Positions 29,501 to 37,087 of a stretch of DNA of 51,695 bases are shown here, piece by piece. The notes beneath the pieces are model-generated. The model did not search any database, was not told where the DNA came from, and saw nothing but the letters and a program-made list of their open reading frames with translations. This DNA comes from Polyangiales bacterium. GTDB lineage: Bacteria > Myxococcota_A > Polyangia > Polyangiales > Houyiibacteriaceae. Location of the stretch: the NCBI GenBank assembly GCA_045106895.1, contig JBGCFM010000099.1, forward strand, positions 1 through 51,695. Direction: 5' to 3'. Every line of letters begins with the position of its first letter. Positions within the stretch are counted from its first letter, which is position 1. A program made the translations under genes and the position numbers.

Positions 29501-31175
29501 TTCGGTAAAGGTCGCAGTTGTTCGACTCGAGGTAGAAGGTGCACTCCGTACCAACGAACTCGTACTCGTACGTGGCTGGGATTGGGTAGTCGCTGAAGCT
29601 CTGAGGGCTAGCTGGGTCAACCATGTCGCCGTTCGCGTTCGTGACGTAGCAATCGAAAGCGTCGGTGACGCCCATCGAAGCCCACTCGGCGGGGGAGATG
29701 AAGGGGTTGAACTCGGTCTTGCAGGAACCGCCGACATCGTCGGCGCTGCCACACGCACAGTAAGCGGTGGGGTCTTCGTTCTGACAAGCCATCGTTCCGG
29801 TCGTGTAGTCCGGAAGAGCTTCGTTGTTGGCGGCGCGCCAACCACGCATGAAGACCTCGTTCCAGTTACCCATAACCTCGAAGGCAGGCTTCACGAGGTA
29901 GGCGGGGTAGCCTTCGTTGAGGTGGTAGACGACCGGGTTACGCTCGCGCTGGCTAACTGGAATCGTGCAGACGTTCGCGGAGAGGTCACACTCGGAGCCT
30001 GCTTCCGCACACTGGAAGTCTGCGCCACATGGCGTGTCCGTAAGGCCGCCGCGCCAGATGTTGTGAACGGGTCGGAGGAACGTGAGGAAGTCGGTTTCGC
30101 CGTAGTCGGCGGAGAGACCCGAGCAGAGCTGCTCGTCCGGACGGCAGTAGCCGTTGGAACCGCAGTCCGCGTCGCTCTCACAAGCGATCTCTCGGCTGCC
30201 ACCACGAATGTAGCTGCGCTGGTAGCTGCGGAAGAGACCGAAGCGGTCGAACTGGTCGTGGTTCTGAGTCTGCGACGCGAAGGTGTGCTCTGGTGGGATA
30301 CGCAGGAACGCGGTTCGCATCGGCACGGAGATCGTGTTGCATCGACCGCCGCCGATAAGAAGGCAGCTCTCACCAGGCGAGAAGAGCGTCATGGTGGTGA
30401 AGCTCATGTAGTGAATGGTGTCTTCGGTGCCTTCAGGCCACTCGTGACGGAATCGGTATTCCTCGTCCTCGCCGATGCGCACGAACTGTGGTGCGTATCG
30501 GTCTGGGAAGTCGTTGTGGGAGTCCGCGTCGGGGATGAAGAAAGGAACCGACTCCTGTCGCCAGGCGCCGCCCATCGTCACGTCGTCGACGAGGAAGCTG
30601 AAGGAGTTGACGTGGTTCATGGACCAGTCAACGCGCATGTAAGGGCGCTCGTACCAACGCTGGTCAGTCGTGTTTTCCACGATGACGTTGGTCTGCTCGC
30701 CGGTCACACCCGAGTACTGAGTGCGGACATCGACGTGGTTCTCGATGGAGTAGGCAGCGATGGGCTGGCCGCGGAAGTCCGCGTCGTCGCCGTCATCGTT
30801 GCCACCGTCGATGACCTCGTAGGAACGGTATGCGTAGAGGAAGTCCTCGTCGATGACCCAGCGAATGCGCGCAACGGTCGGGGACTGGCCACGGTCGACG
30901 GCGTAGTCTGTCCAGCCCGAGCCACCCGCGTAGAGCGAGTAGCCAGGGCCTTCGAAGCTAGCTTCGGCGTCAGCGTCAAGAACCGTCTGGTTCACCCACC
31001 ACTCACCCGTGAACATGTCTTTGCTCACGAGGTTGGTCTGGACGCGATTGACCTCGCCCTGCCCTTGGGTACACGCAGCGAAGCTGGTGGCCAGGGCAAG
31101 AATGAGAAGAGAAGAGACTCGAGTACGCATGAAGGATGAGACCTTGTTAAGAATGCTGTTCTGATGGTTGTTCAT
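26511..31175 (-). CDS. Giant Cys-rich lipoprotein, zinc-dependent metalloprotease (metzincin motif), paralogue B, ~1554 aa
   Basis: Lipobox SFAAC; HEVGHSVGLRHNF plus Met-turn ASIMDY; about 30 Cys; DxDxDG-like loops. ATG 31175 follows GGAGG (alternative starts 31187 and 31130). Confidence 0.85.
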   Translation of the reverse strand: MNNHQNSILNKVSSFMRTRVSSLLILALATSFAACTQGQGEVNRVQTNLVSKDMFTGEWWVNQTVLDADAEASFEGPGYSLYAGGSGWTDYAVDRGQSPTVARIRWVIDEDFLYAYRSYEVIDGGNDDGDDADFRGQPIAAYSIENHVDVRTQYSGVTGEQTNVIVENTTDQRWYERPYMRVDWSMNHVNSFSFLVDDVTMGGAWRQESVPFFIPDADSHNDFPDRYAPQFVRIGEDEEYRFRHEWPEGTEDTIHYMSFTTMTLFSPGESCLLIGGGRCNTISVPMRTAFLRIPPEHTFASQTQNHDQFDRFGLFRSYQRSYIRGGSREIACESDADCGSNGYCRPDEQLCSGLSADYGETDFLTFLRPVHNIWRGGLTDTPCGADFQCAEAGSECDLSANVCTIPVSQRERNPVVYHLNEGYPAYLVKPAFEVMGNWNEVFMRGWRAANNEALPDYTTGTMACQNEDPTAYCACGSADDVGGSCKTEFNPFISPAEWASMGVTDAFDCYVTNANGDMVDPASPQSFSDYPIPATYEYEFVGTECTFYLESNNCDLYRTDVNQTCEEVMAENEEFTSWQQHGDLRYQFFNYIHQNGVPFGGLSEVRGDVKTGELLASDANVNSGSIDSVRTVAIEWFPVLRCASPAGCAPGEENADVRYLEGENVRDYFDNLGRTEIPVSVAPSGSDGTGDGEGGRPELPAGATRGIPAGSAMIDGMLQTVVDRMPRIEALHGQDARFGIYSDRMRNLAGTDIESSMLESLGNQAMQANFRNTPQHTTNIPEGTNVMDPAVVGQISPFRGQNFVEQLNARAEFEGRMALRNACFTDSVDGQDFQRSRYWEYWAEAFRGRTKEEASIRMAQQYLRAVQHHEVGHSVGLRHNFAGSLDRNNYGDGYFNLTVGEGIELPELEDYDLPENGGDADGFVGGVEVTNYQNDQNDVRDQRAARGAHNYMTASIMDYNGDMSDSYGLGRYDQAAILWSTFGKVEAYDRDPRISSTGSSNELHARFDADNNVIPRALWTSYEGGESCDTDAQCPYTVGSSLLSTDQPVYQRCIRHPRNTRFQEVCGDGEADCICSNFDRDFDDYRAQVAYDSDINGDGELDHFPVNYLFCSDGRTNDISWCTRSDVGESFQETLAHYRRTWYESYANVYNRRFRWASSGGSVRLVSAAAKIYQHLFFRIFFEPGFTSNEGPLGFRDQFAASVDSMNWFIELINLPDEGSYEMNADTNTLELVSSEPGVAGSDVSMGQGLGFGMWSEFQEGHVGFSRVERAGVFYDKFFALYALANRDWNLNFSVDEAYRINFYDLFEVPMTEFFGGIITDQPSWFAPRYDMDTGEVEHMTWYRGMLLGECGTTGARIPCRPSNEVEYPVTADRPVIGNTTNVILRSWATILALAQFPVFYDASFEQRLIIWRQGDGSGHTLPAVSRDRRTGVERPYCAYGNAVDPAHVEVGDATCATPEDANYVVFQSDRLHFAYVAEKVFTRDAFNLEEEQLGFQMLSRLIDLQDEVRALEGAGPSAELTAKREELFSNESYLEYLIDLQGQYGIGSAGWAL

Positions 31176-31186
31176 GTTGGCCTCCA

Positions 31187-34100
31187 TTAGAACCGCAGGT
31201 AACTAGCAACGCCGTACTGACGGAGGAGCTGCTGAGTCTGGAAGAAGAAGGATTCGATGCCGCGGAGGCGGCGGTCGACTCGAAGGACCTCTTCAACAAG
31301 CTCGGTGGCATCACCCGGAAGGGTGTAGTCCTGCGCACGGAGTTCCGCGCGCTGCTCTGCTGAGAGGTTGGAAGCGCTGAGGCTCGGACCGCCGTAGTCG
31401 CCGCGGTAGGCCTTGAGTGCTTCAAGAAGGAAGGCGAGGTCGTTTGCTTCGCGGATCATTTCGAAACCAATCGAGCGCTGGTTCGGAACGTCAGTCTGGC
31501 CTTCGACCTGCCAGGCCCGGAAGATCTTGCCGTAGTTGGCAGATGCGTACTCGATGTAGTCGTCACCGATGACGTCTCCGTCAGCTGCGTCTGGGCAGTT
31601 ACCCTCGCCGGCGACACACACGAACATCTGATTCTGGAACGTCGTGTCGAAGAAGACGGGGAAGCTGGAGAGCGTGAGCGCTGAGGCAAGGAACTGAAGC
31701 GTGGCTCCAGCGCCCGTGTCGACGTGCTCAAGACCCGCGTATCGCTCTTCCGTGGTTGGACGGCAGGTGGCTGGGTTGGAGCAGTCGCCGGCGTAGTAGT
31801 CCATGTAGAGGAGCTGTGGGTCTTCGCAGGTACGGCCCGCACCACCACCACACAACACTCGAGGAGCGATGCGTTCTGGCTGGTTGAGGATCATACCCTG
31901 GAAGAGGTCCTGCATTTCCTGTGGGAAGAGGTCGTAGTAGTTCGTCCAGAAAGGTACGTCGCGTGTGTACCGCGTGGTGTAACCACGGTCGGTGAGCATC
32001 TGCATCGTGAAGTACTTCTCGTAGAAGGTACCGACGCGCTCGAGGCGAGTGATACCGGTGAGACCGGACTGGTACTCAGAGCTGGCGTATCGCGCCATGC
32101 CGAGAGGCAAGGAGAGATGAGCGCCGGGGATGTCGGCTCGGTCGGAGCTGGTGTCCCTTTGGTAACGGTCCCAACCTTCGTTGTAGAAGTAGGAGCCGAG
32201 GGCAGGCTGCGCGATGACACGAGCATAGAAGTTCATCGTGTCGGCGGTGGCCAAGAAATGGTCTTCGAAGCCGTAGTTACCCGTGGTGTTCTGGTACTCG
32301 GGGTCGTTCACGTACTTGAAGAGGAGGTTCTGGAAGATCGACTGGAGGATGTTGTACTGGCGACCAACCAAGCGGTTGAACAGGTATCCACCCAAGCTGA
32401 AGCCGCTTCGGTAACGTCGGAAGTTCGTGAAGATGTACTGACGGTCGTACTGCTCGGAGATGTTGGCGACCACCTCGCGGTAGGAATCGCCTTCATCGAA
32501 GCGATGACAGTCGGCTCGGAGGCCAGCGAGGTCATCGGTGCAGAAGTTGTAGTTGACCGCGACGTAGCGAGGAGCGTCGCCGCCCGCTGCCGTGAGGTTT
32601 GCAACGTCGTCGTCGTAGCTGGAACAGATGTTGCCGCGCTCAGCACCGTTCGGGTGCGTGACACAGCGCTGAACCAGGCCGGAGGCTCCGTTGCCGGAGA
32701 GCAGAAGGCCTCCGTTGGCGCCGCCGGTGGAGTAAGGACAGTCGTCGTCCACGGTGCAGGACTCGCCGCCGTGGTAGTACTTGACCCAGATACGGTCCGT
32801 GTTCGTTGGGTTCATGTCCGCAAGGGAGACGCCCGCGGAGTTGTCGTAAACCTCTGTGAGGTCGCCGTACGCGTTGTTGATTGCGCTGTGGTCGTAACGA
32901 CCAGCGCCACGCGTGGTGGAGGTTCGCTCGTACCACTGCGCCGTGTACTCCATGATGGAGGAGTTCATCCAACGGTCGATGCCGGCGAGCTCTCGGAGGT
33001 CCTTACGCTCGGTGTAAGCCGCTGCGTATGCGAGCTGCTCGTCAGCGTTGAGGCCAGGTGTGCCGTCTAGGTCGTAGTCGGCCGGGTCGGCGTTCGGGAG
33101 AGCGTCGTTGATGATGTAGTAGTCATCGTCGTAGTTGTTGATGTCAGCGGATGCGCCGAAGTCATGTCGAAGACCGAGGCAGTGACCAAGCTCGTGGAGC
33201 TGCGTCTGGTAGTAGAGGAGCTGATTGATAACAATCTCAAGCTTGGCTCGGTTCCAGTCACGGTGACGGTTGACGAACTCGAGAACGGAAGCGTCCACGA
33301 ACTCGTTGGGCATCATCATGTTGGCGGACGAGACGCGGGTCTCGAGGTCGCGCTGGTATTCGAGCTGCTCGGAGGCGCTCACACGGAACGGGGAGACGCG
33401 GTCGAGAATCTCGTCGTTGACGTCATCAGCACCGATTCCGGGAGGAAGGATGTCGATGCCGGCCATTGCGAGGGTCTCCTCGTTGGCCATCAAGCGACGC
33501 TCAATGTCGGTTCCGGCGAGGCTCTCGATGCGGTCGATGAAGGTGCGTGCGCGGCCTTCTGGACCGGCAAGCTGCTGACCGCGAGCGGCGTAGTCGCCCA
33601 TGCGGCTGCGAATAGCGTCGCTGACGATGGCTGGGCGAGCGATGCTAGCCTGCTGAGCCATCAGGAAGGGCTCACGAGGAGCAGCGGGCTGCTGGATGCG
33701 GTCGACGTTCTCAAGGTAGTCGCGGACGTCTTCACCAAGAAGGAAGTTACGGTCGGTGACGCCGCCGTTGATCAGGTCGTACTGCTGAAGAGCGCTCGTG
33801 CGGTAACCGTCGAGAGCGGGGCCGCCGATGTTGGCGTCGCCAGCGCGAATCTCACCGGTGACCGGGTCACCGCGAAGCGTGGCCACACCGAGGAAGGGAG
33901 TACCTGGCTGGTCGACGTAGCTGAGGAGGTTGTAGCGCATGTCGCCACGCTCCTGGCACTGGAGGCCGTCCGTGGTTCCGCCGTTCTCGGCGATGGATGC
34001 GCGGGTGCAGGTGTTGATACGAAGGTCAACCATGCACTCGGAGCCCTGGAAGGAAGCGCCGAACCAGCCGTAGAAGTTCTCGTCGGAGAGAGCTGGGTTT

Positions 34101-35524
34101 TCCATGTCGGGCTGCGCGCCTTCTGGAACGTCGACCCAACAGTCGTAGGGGTTGGTGACGCCCTGGGCGCGGTACTCGTCAGGAGTGGTGAAAGGCGTCC
34201 AGTGCCCGTCACAAGTTGGGTTGAGGATGTCGCCTGTCTCGGGGTTGGCGGTGCAGAAGCAGTACGCCTCTGGGTCCGTGGTCTGGCAATCCATGCGTGG
34301 AAGCTCAGCGTCAGGCTGGCCGCGAAGGTTACGAACCATCCGCATGAAGACCTGGCTCCAAGCGCCGACAAGGTCGAAGCTGGGCTGCACGAGGTGAGCA
34401 GGAAGCTCGCTGGACGTGTAGTAGACGAGGGGGCGGGTTTCGCGAGCACCAAATGGAACTGCGTTGCCTTCACCGTCGACCCAGTTGCGCCAGATGTTGT
34501 GGCGGTTGACGTTGTAGTTGAGGAAGTCCGTGTATCCCATCTGGGCGTCGCCAGCATCGGAGGAGCGGTCGTACGTGGTGCGCTCGAGGCTGAAGTAACC
34601 GTGGCGGTCGAAGCGCGACGGGTTCCAGTTTTCGGCAACGTACTGGCGCGTGTCGCTGACCTTCAGGAAGCTGTTACGCACGTAGACGGCCGTGGAGGCA
34701 CAGTCGGGGATACCGGCGTAAGGGGAGAGACAGTAGTTGACCGGGCGGCCCGTGAAGGGGTTGGCCACAACGCCGGGGGAGAGGAGGTCCTGCGTCACGA
34801 AGCTGAAGTGGTAGAACTCGCCCTGGGCGAAGTCACCAGCGTGGTCACGCTCGGCGCCGCAGCTCTCGTCGTTCGGGTCGGTGCAGGACATGAAGTCGAA
34901 CTGGGGACGCCAGCTGTCTGGGAAGTCCGAAGCGCCCTGAACGAAGAGGGTCGAAGGCTCGCGGGAGTAAAGGCCCAGGATCTCGTAAAGCTCCGTAACC
35001 TGACCGTAGTAGTTAGGAAGGAGGTTGAGCGACCAGTCGACGCGCATGAAGTCGCGCTCGTACCAGAAGTCATCCGTCGAGTTCTCGACGAGGACGTTGT
35101 TCTCTTCACCCGTTGCCGCGTTGTAGTCGCGTCGAATGTCGAAGTGCGACTCGATGGCGAAGGCAGCGACGGGCTGGTGAATGACATCACCAGGATCTTC
35201 CGTCTGACCGTCGCGACCAATGTTGGCGCCCTCGATCAGCTCGTAGTCGCGGAACGCGAAGAGCGTGTCTTCGTCGATGACCCAACGAACGCGGGGCATC
35301 GAAGTGATGCCGCCAACGGCGAAGTCATACGCTGCATCACCGGGGTACGTGCCCAAGCCGGAAGCGGCGTAGTCCACGTCAATGACGACGGTCGAGTAGT
35401 ACCAAGAGCCGGCGAACAAGGACTTGTCGACGACGTTGACACCAACCTGGTTGATGGCGGGTTGTTCTTCGCAGCCCATCAAGGACAGGGATGCGAGGGT
35501 GAGCAACGTAAGTAAACGCTTCAT
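31187..35524 (-). CDS. Giant Cys-rich lipoprotein, zinc-dependent metalloprotease (metzincin motif), paralogue A, ~1445 aa
   Basis: ATG 35524 with GGAGG RBS; signal MKRLLTLLTLASLSLMGC; HELGHCLGLRHDF plus Met-turn SSIMEY; colinear similarity to the downstream gene (RWVIDED, WYER..MRVDWS, HNIWR). Confidence 0.85.
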   Translation of the reverse strand: MKRLLTLLTLASLSLMGCEEQPAINQVGVNVVDKSLFAGSWYYSTVVIDVDYAASGLGTYPGDAAYDFAVGGITSMPRVRWVIDEDTLFAFRDYELIEGANIGRDGQTEDPGDVIHQPVAAFAIESHFDIRRDYNAATGEENNVLVENSTDDFWYERDFMRVDWSLNLLPNYYGQVTELYEILGLYSREPSTLFVQGASDFPDSWRPQFDFMSCTDPNDESCGAERDHAGDFAQGEFYHFSFVTQDLLSPGVVANPFTGRPVNYCLSPYAGIPDCASTAVYVRNSFLKVSDTRQYVAENWNPSRFDRHGYFSLERTTYDRSSDAGDAQMGYTDFLNYNVNRHNIWRNWVDGEGNAVPFGARETRPLVYYTSSELPAHLVQPSFDLVGAWSQVFMRMVRNLRGQPDAELPRMDCQTTDPEAYCFCTANPETGDILNPTCDGHWTPFTTPDEYRAQGVTNPYDCWVDVPEGAQPDMENPALSDENFYGWFGASFQGSECMVDLRINTCTRASIAENGGTTDGLQCQERGDMRYNLLSYVDQPGTPFLGVATLRGDPVTGEIRAGDANIGGPALDGYRTSALQQYDLINGGVTDRNFLLGEDVRDYLENVDRIQQPAAPREPFLMAQQASIARPAIVSDAIRSRMGDYAARGQQLAGPEGRARTFIDRIESLAGTDIERRLMANEETLAMAGIDILPPGIGADDVNDEILDRVSPFRVSASEQLEYQRDLETRVSSANMMMPNEFVDASVLEFVNRHRDWNRAKLEIVINQLLYYQTQLHELGHCLGLRHDFGASADINNYDDDYYIINDALPNADPADYDLDGTPGLNADEQLAYAAAYTERKDLRELAGIDRWMNSSIMEYTAQWYERTSTTRGAGRYDHSAINNAYGDLTEVYDNSAGVSLADMNPTNTDRIWVKYYHGGESCTVDDDCPYSTGGANGGLLLSGNGASGLVQRCVTHPNGAERGNICSSYDDDVANLTAAGGDAPRYVAVNYNFCTDDLAGLRADCHRFDEGDSYREVVANISEQYDRQYIFTNFRRYRSGFSLGGYLFNRLVGRQYNILQSIFQNLLFKYVNDPEYQNTTGNYGFEDHFLATADTMNFYARVIAQPALGSYFYNEGWDRYQRDTSSDRADIPGAHLSLPLGMARYASSEYQSGLTGITRLERVGTFYEKYFTMQMLTDRGYTTRYTRDVPFWTNYYDLFPQEMQDLFQGMILNQPERIAPRVLCGGGAGRTCEDPQLLYMDYYAGDCSNPATCRPTTEERYAGLEHVDTGAGATLQFLASALTLSSFPVFFDTTFQNQMFVCVAGEGNCPDAADGDVIGDDYIEYASANYGKIFRAWQVEGQTDVPNQRSIGFEMIREANDLAFLLEALKAYRGDYGGPSLSASNLSAEQRAELRAQDYTLPGDATELVEEVLRVDRRLRGIESFFFQTQQLLRQYGVASYLRF

Positions 35525-35702
35525 GCGGGGGGCCTCCGGGGAAATCGAACTCGAGATTGAGCGCCGATTTCGTGAACCGATAACGGGAATGTTCTTTGTT
35601 GAAAACGCAGGAACAAACCGGGAAAGAAGTGCGGCGGCATAGCCACCGGGGAAAGGTGCGTCAAGGCACGCACACGGGGAATTCAATGGAACTGGGGTTC
35701 AC
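35525..35702 (-). promoter_or_regulatory. Predicted structured 5' leader of the protease operon with repeated TTCCC(C)G motifs
   Basis: Lies between the predicted sigma54 +1 and the ATG; four hairpins, a closing helix and five copies of the motif (see findings). Confidence 0.5.
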
Positions 35703-35713
35703 GGAACGTTAAC

Positions 35714-35728
35714 GCAACGTTCGTGCCA
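35714..35728 (-). promoter_or_regulatory. Sigma54 (RpoN) -24/-12 promoter of the protease operon
   Basis: Minus strand TGGCACG-AACG-TTGC matches the consensus TGGCACG-N4-TTGC, is intergenic and is correctly oriented. Confidence 0.85.
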
Positions 35729-35841
35729 GGTCTGAATACGAGGGAAGCTGCCCATGATCGCAGTCGTTTTGGCCAAAGATCCGAAAGTAGACGGTTTTTC
35801 CGGATCGCGACAGTCTGGCGCGCACGCGCTTGAGACCGGTT

Positions 35842-35868
35842 CGATCATCCCAAAACTCAGGATGATCG
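35842..35868. promoter_or_regulatory. Perfect inverted repeat, candidate enhancer (UAS) for a sigma54 activator
   Basis: CGATCATCC-N9-GGATGATCG, about 140-166 bp upstream of the predicted +1. Confidence 0.55.
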
Positions 35869-35979
35869 TTGGGGTAAAGATCGTAACGGCTCGCTTCGCT
35901 ACCGATTTCATTCCATCGGTTCGTGAGAAGTCGCACGTGATGAGGTGCGAAGCTCTACGGACGGCACCAGCACAGAGAA

Positions 35980-36654
35980 ATGTTGGCTGTACGTGACTTT
36001 GGTGATCTCTCGGCGCGCGTCGTCGGAACGGAGGGGCCCATTGTTGTGCTTCTCCACGGCTTCGGGGCGTCGGGCACGGACCTCGTGGGTCTTGCGCAAG
36101 CTCTCGGGCCGGGGCGCCGCTATATCTTCCCGGAAGCGCCCCTCGCGCTGCCAGCGATGTACGGCGACGGGCGTGCCTGGTGGATGCTGGATCTGGAAAA
36201 GATGCAGCGCGCGATGTTGATGGGTACACCGCGCGACCTCGCAGAGGAGTATCCCGAGGGCCTCGCGAAAGCTCGGGCTCAACTGGATGGTCATCTGGCC
36301 GCGATCGAGAGCGAGTTCGGCGTCGAACGCAGCGACATCGTCTTGGGTGGGTTCTCTCAGGGGGCGATGCTCTCGTGTGACGTCGCGCTCCACTCAAGCG
36401 TGAAGCCGAAGTCCCTCATCCTTCTTTCAGGCGCGCTACTCGCACGAAACGAGTGGGTTCCCGCGATGGATGGTGCCAAGCTCAATGTGTTTCAAAGTCA
36501 TGGGACCGTCGACACGGTCCTCGCTCAGTCGGGCGGAATCGCACTCAAAGACGCCCTCGAGAAGGCGGGGTCCACCATCGAGTGGCATTCCTTCCGAGGT
36601 GGGCACGAGATCCCCATGCTTGTGCTGAGCGCTCTCCGAAGCTTCCTCGACTAA
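35980..36654 (+). CDS. Phospholipase/carboxylesterase (abhydrolase_2 family)
   Basis: LLHGFG, GRAWW, GGFSQG, HGTVD, GGHEIP. Confidence 0.9.
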   Translation: MLAVRDFGDLSARVVGTEGPIVVLLHGFGASGTDLVGLAQALGPGRRYIFPEAPLALPAMYGDGRAWWMLDLEKMQRAMLMGTPRDLAEEYPEGLAKARAQLDGHLAAIESEFGVERSDIVLGGFSQGAMLSCDVALHSSVKPKSLILLSGALLARNEWVPAMDGAKLNVFQSHGTVDTVLAQSGGIALKDALEKAGSTIEWHSFRGGHEIPMLVLSALRSFLD

Positions 36655-36658
36655 GCCG

Positions 36659-37033
36659 CTACTGACCGAGATTGATGAGCGAACGTCCGGCGGGCGCGAA
36701 AAGTGCCCACAAGAGCAGGAAGTTGGCCCCGATAGATACAGCAATCCCGATGAAGAGGACGTTGCTGGCAGACTTGTTGTCGTAAAGACGCCGCATTCGC
36801 GAGCCAAAGTACGCGAGAAAAAGCATCAGCATGGCCGCGCTGATGGCGAAGAAGGGCGAAAGAGCGAGGTCGGTGATGCCAGGCATCGTGCCCATGTTCG
36901 GTCGATACACGCGCTCCGCCGCGTCGCCGATGAAGAAACGCACGACGAGAATTCCGACCGCACCGAGCGTACAGATCTGGGTGGCGGTCTTGTCAAAGTT
37001 GGTCAGCTTGGTCCGCTGCCCGTCGTAGCTCAT
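36659..37033 (-). CDS. Hypothetical small membrane protein (3 TM)
   Basis: 124-aa ORF with three hydrophobic segments that fills the gap between flanking genes. Confidence 0.6.
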   Translation of the reverse strand: MSYDGQRTKLTNFDKTATQICTLGAVGILVVRFFIGDAAERVYRPNMGTMPGITDLALSPFFAISAAMLMLFLAYFGSRMRRLYDNKSASNVLFIGIAVSIGANFLLLWALFAPAGRSLINLGQ

Positions 37034-37087
37034 GGGAGGATGCTAAGAGGCTGCGAGCCTCAGGTCTACTCTCTCGAACAACTCGTT

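Noticed and set aside
26451..35515. Very long plus-strand ORFs (499, 1043, 448 and 783 aa) antisense to the protease genes
   Set aside because: They are shadow frames in codon register with the real genes. Rare TTA/CTA/TCA sense codons remove antisense stops, and the translations are V/A/E/G-rich with no motifs.
35537..35746. Nine GGAA motifs on the plus strand suggesting a CsrB/RsmZ-like sRNA or a mini-CRISPR
   Set aside because: The GGA motifs mostly lie between hairpins rather than in loops, wobble pairs favour the minus strand, the repeats are only 6-7 bp and there are no cas genes. Kept instead as an mRNA-leader finding.
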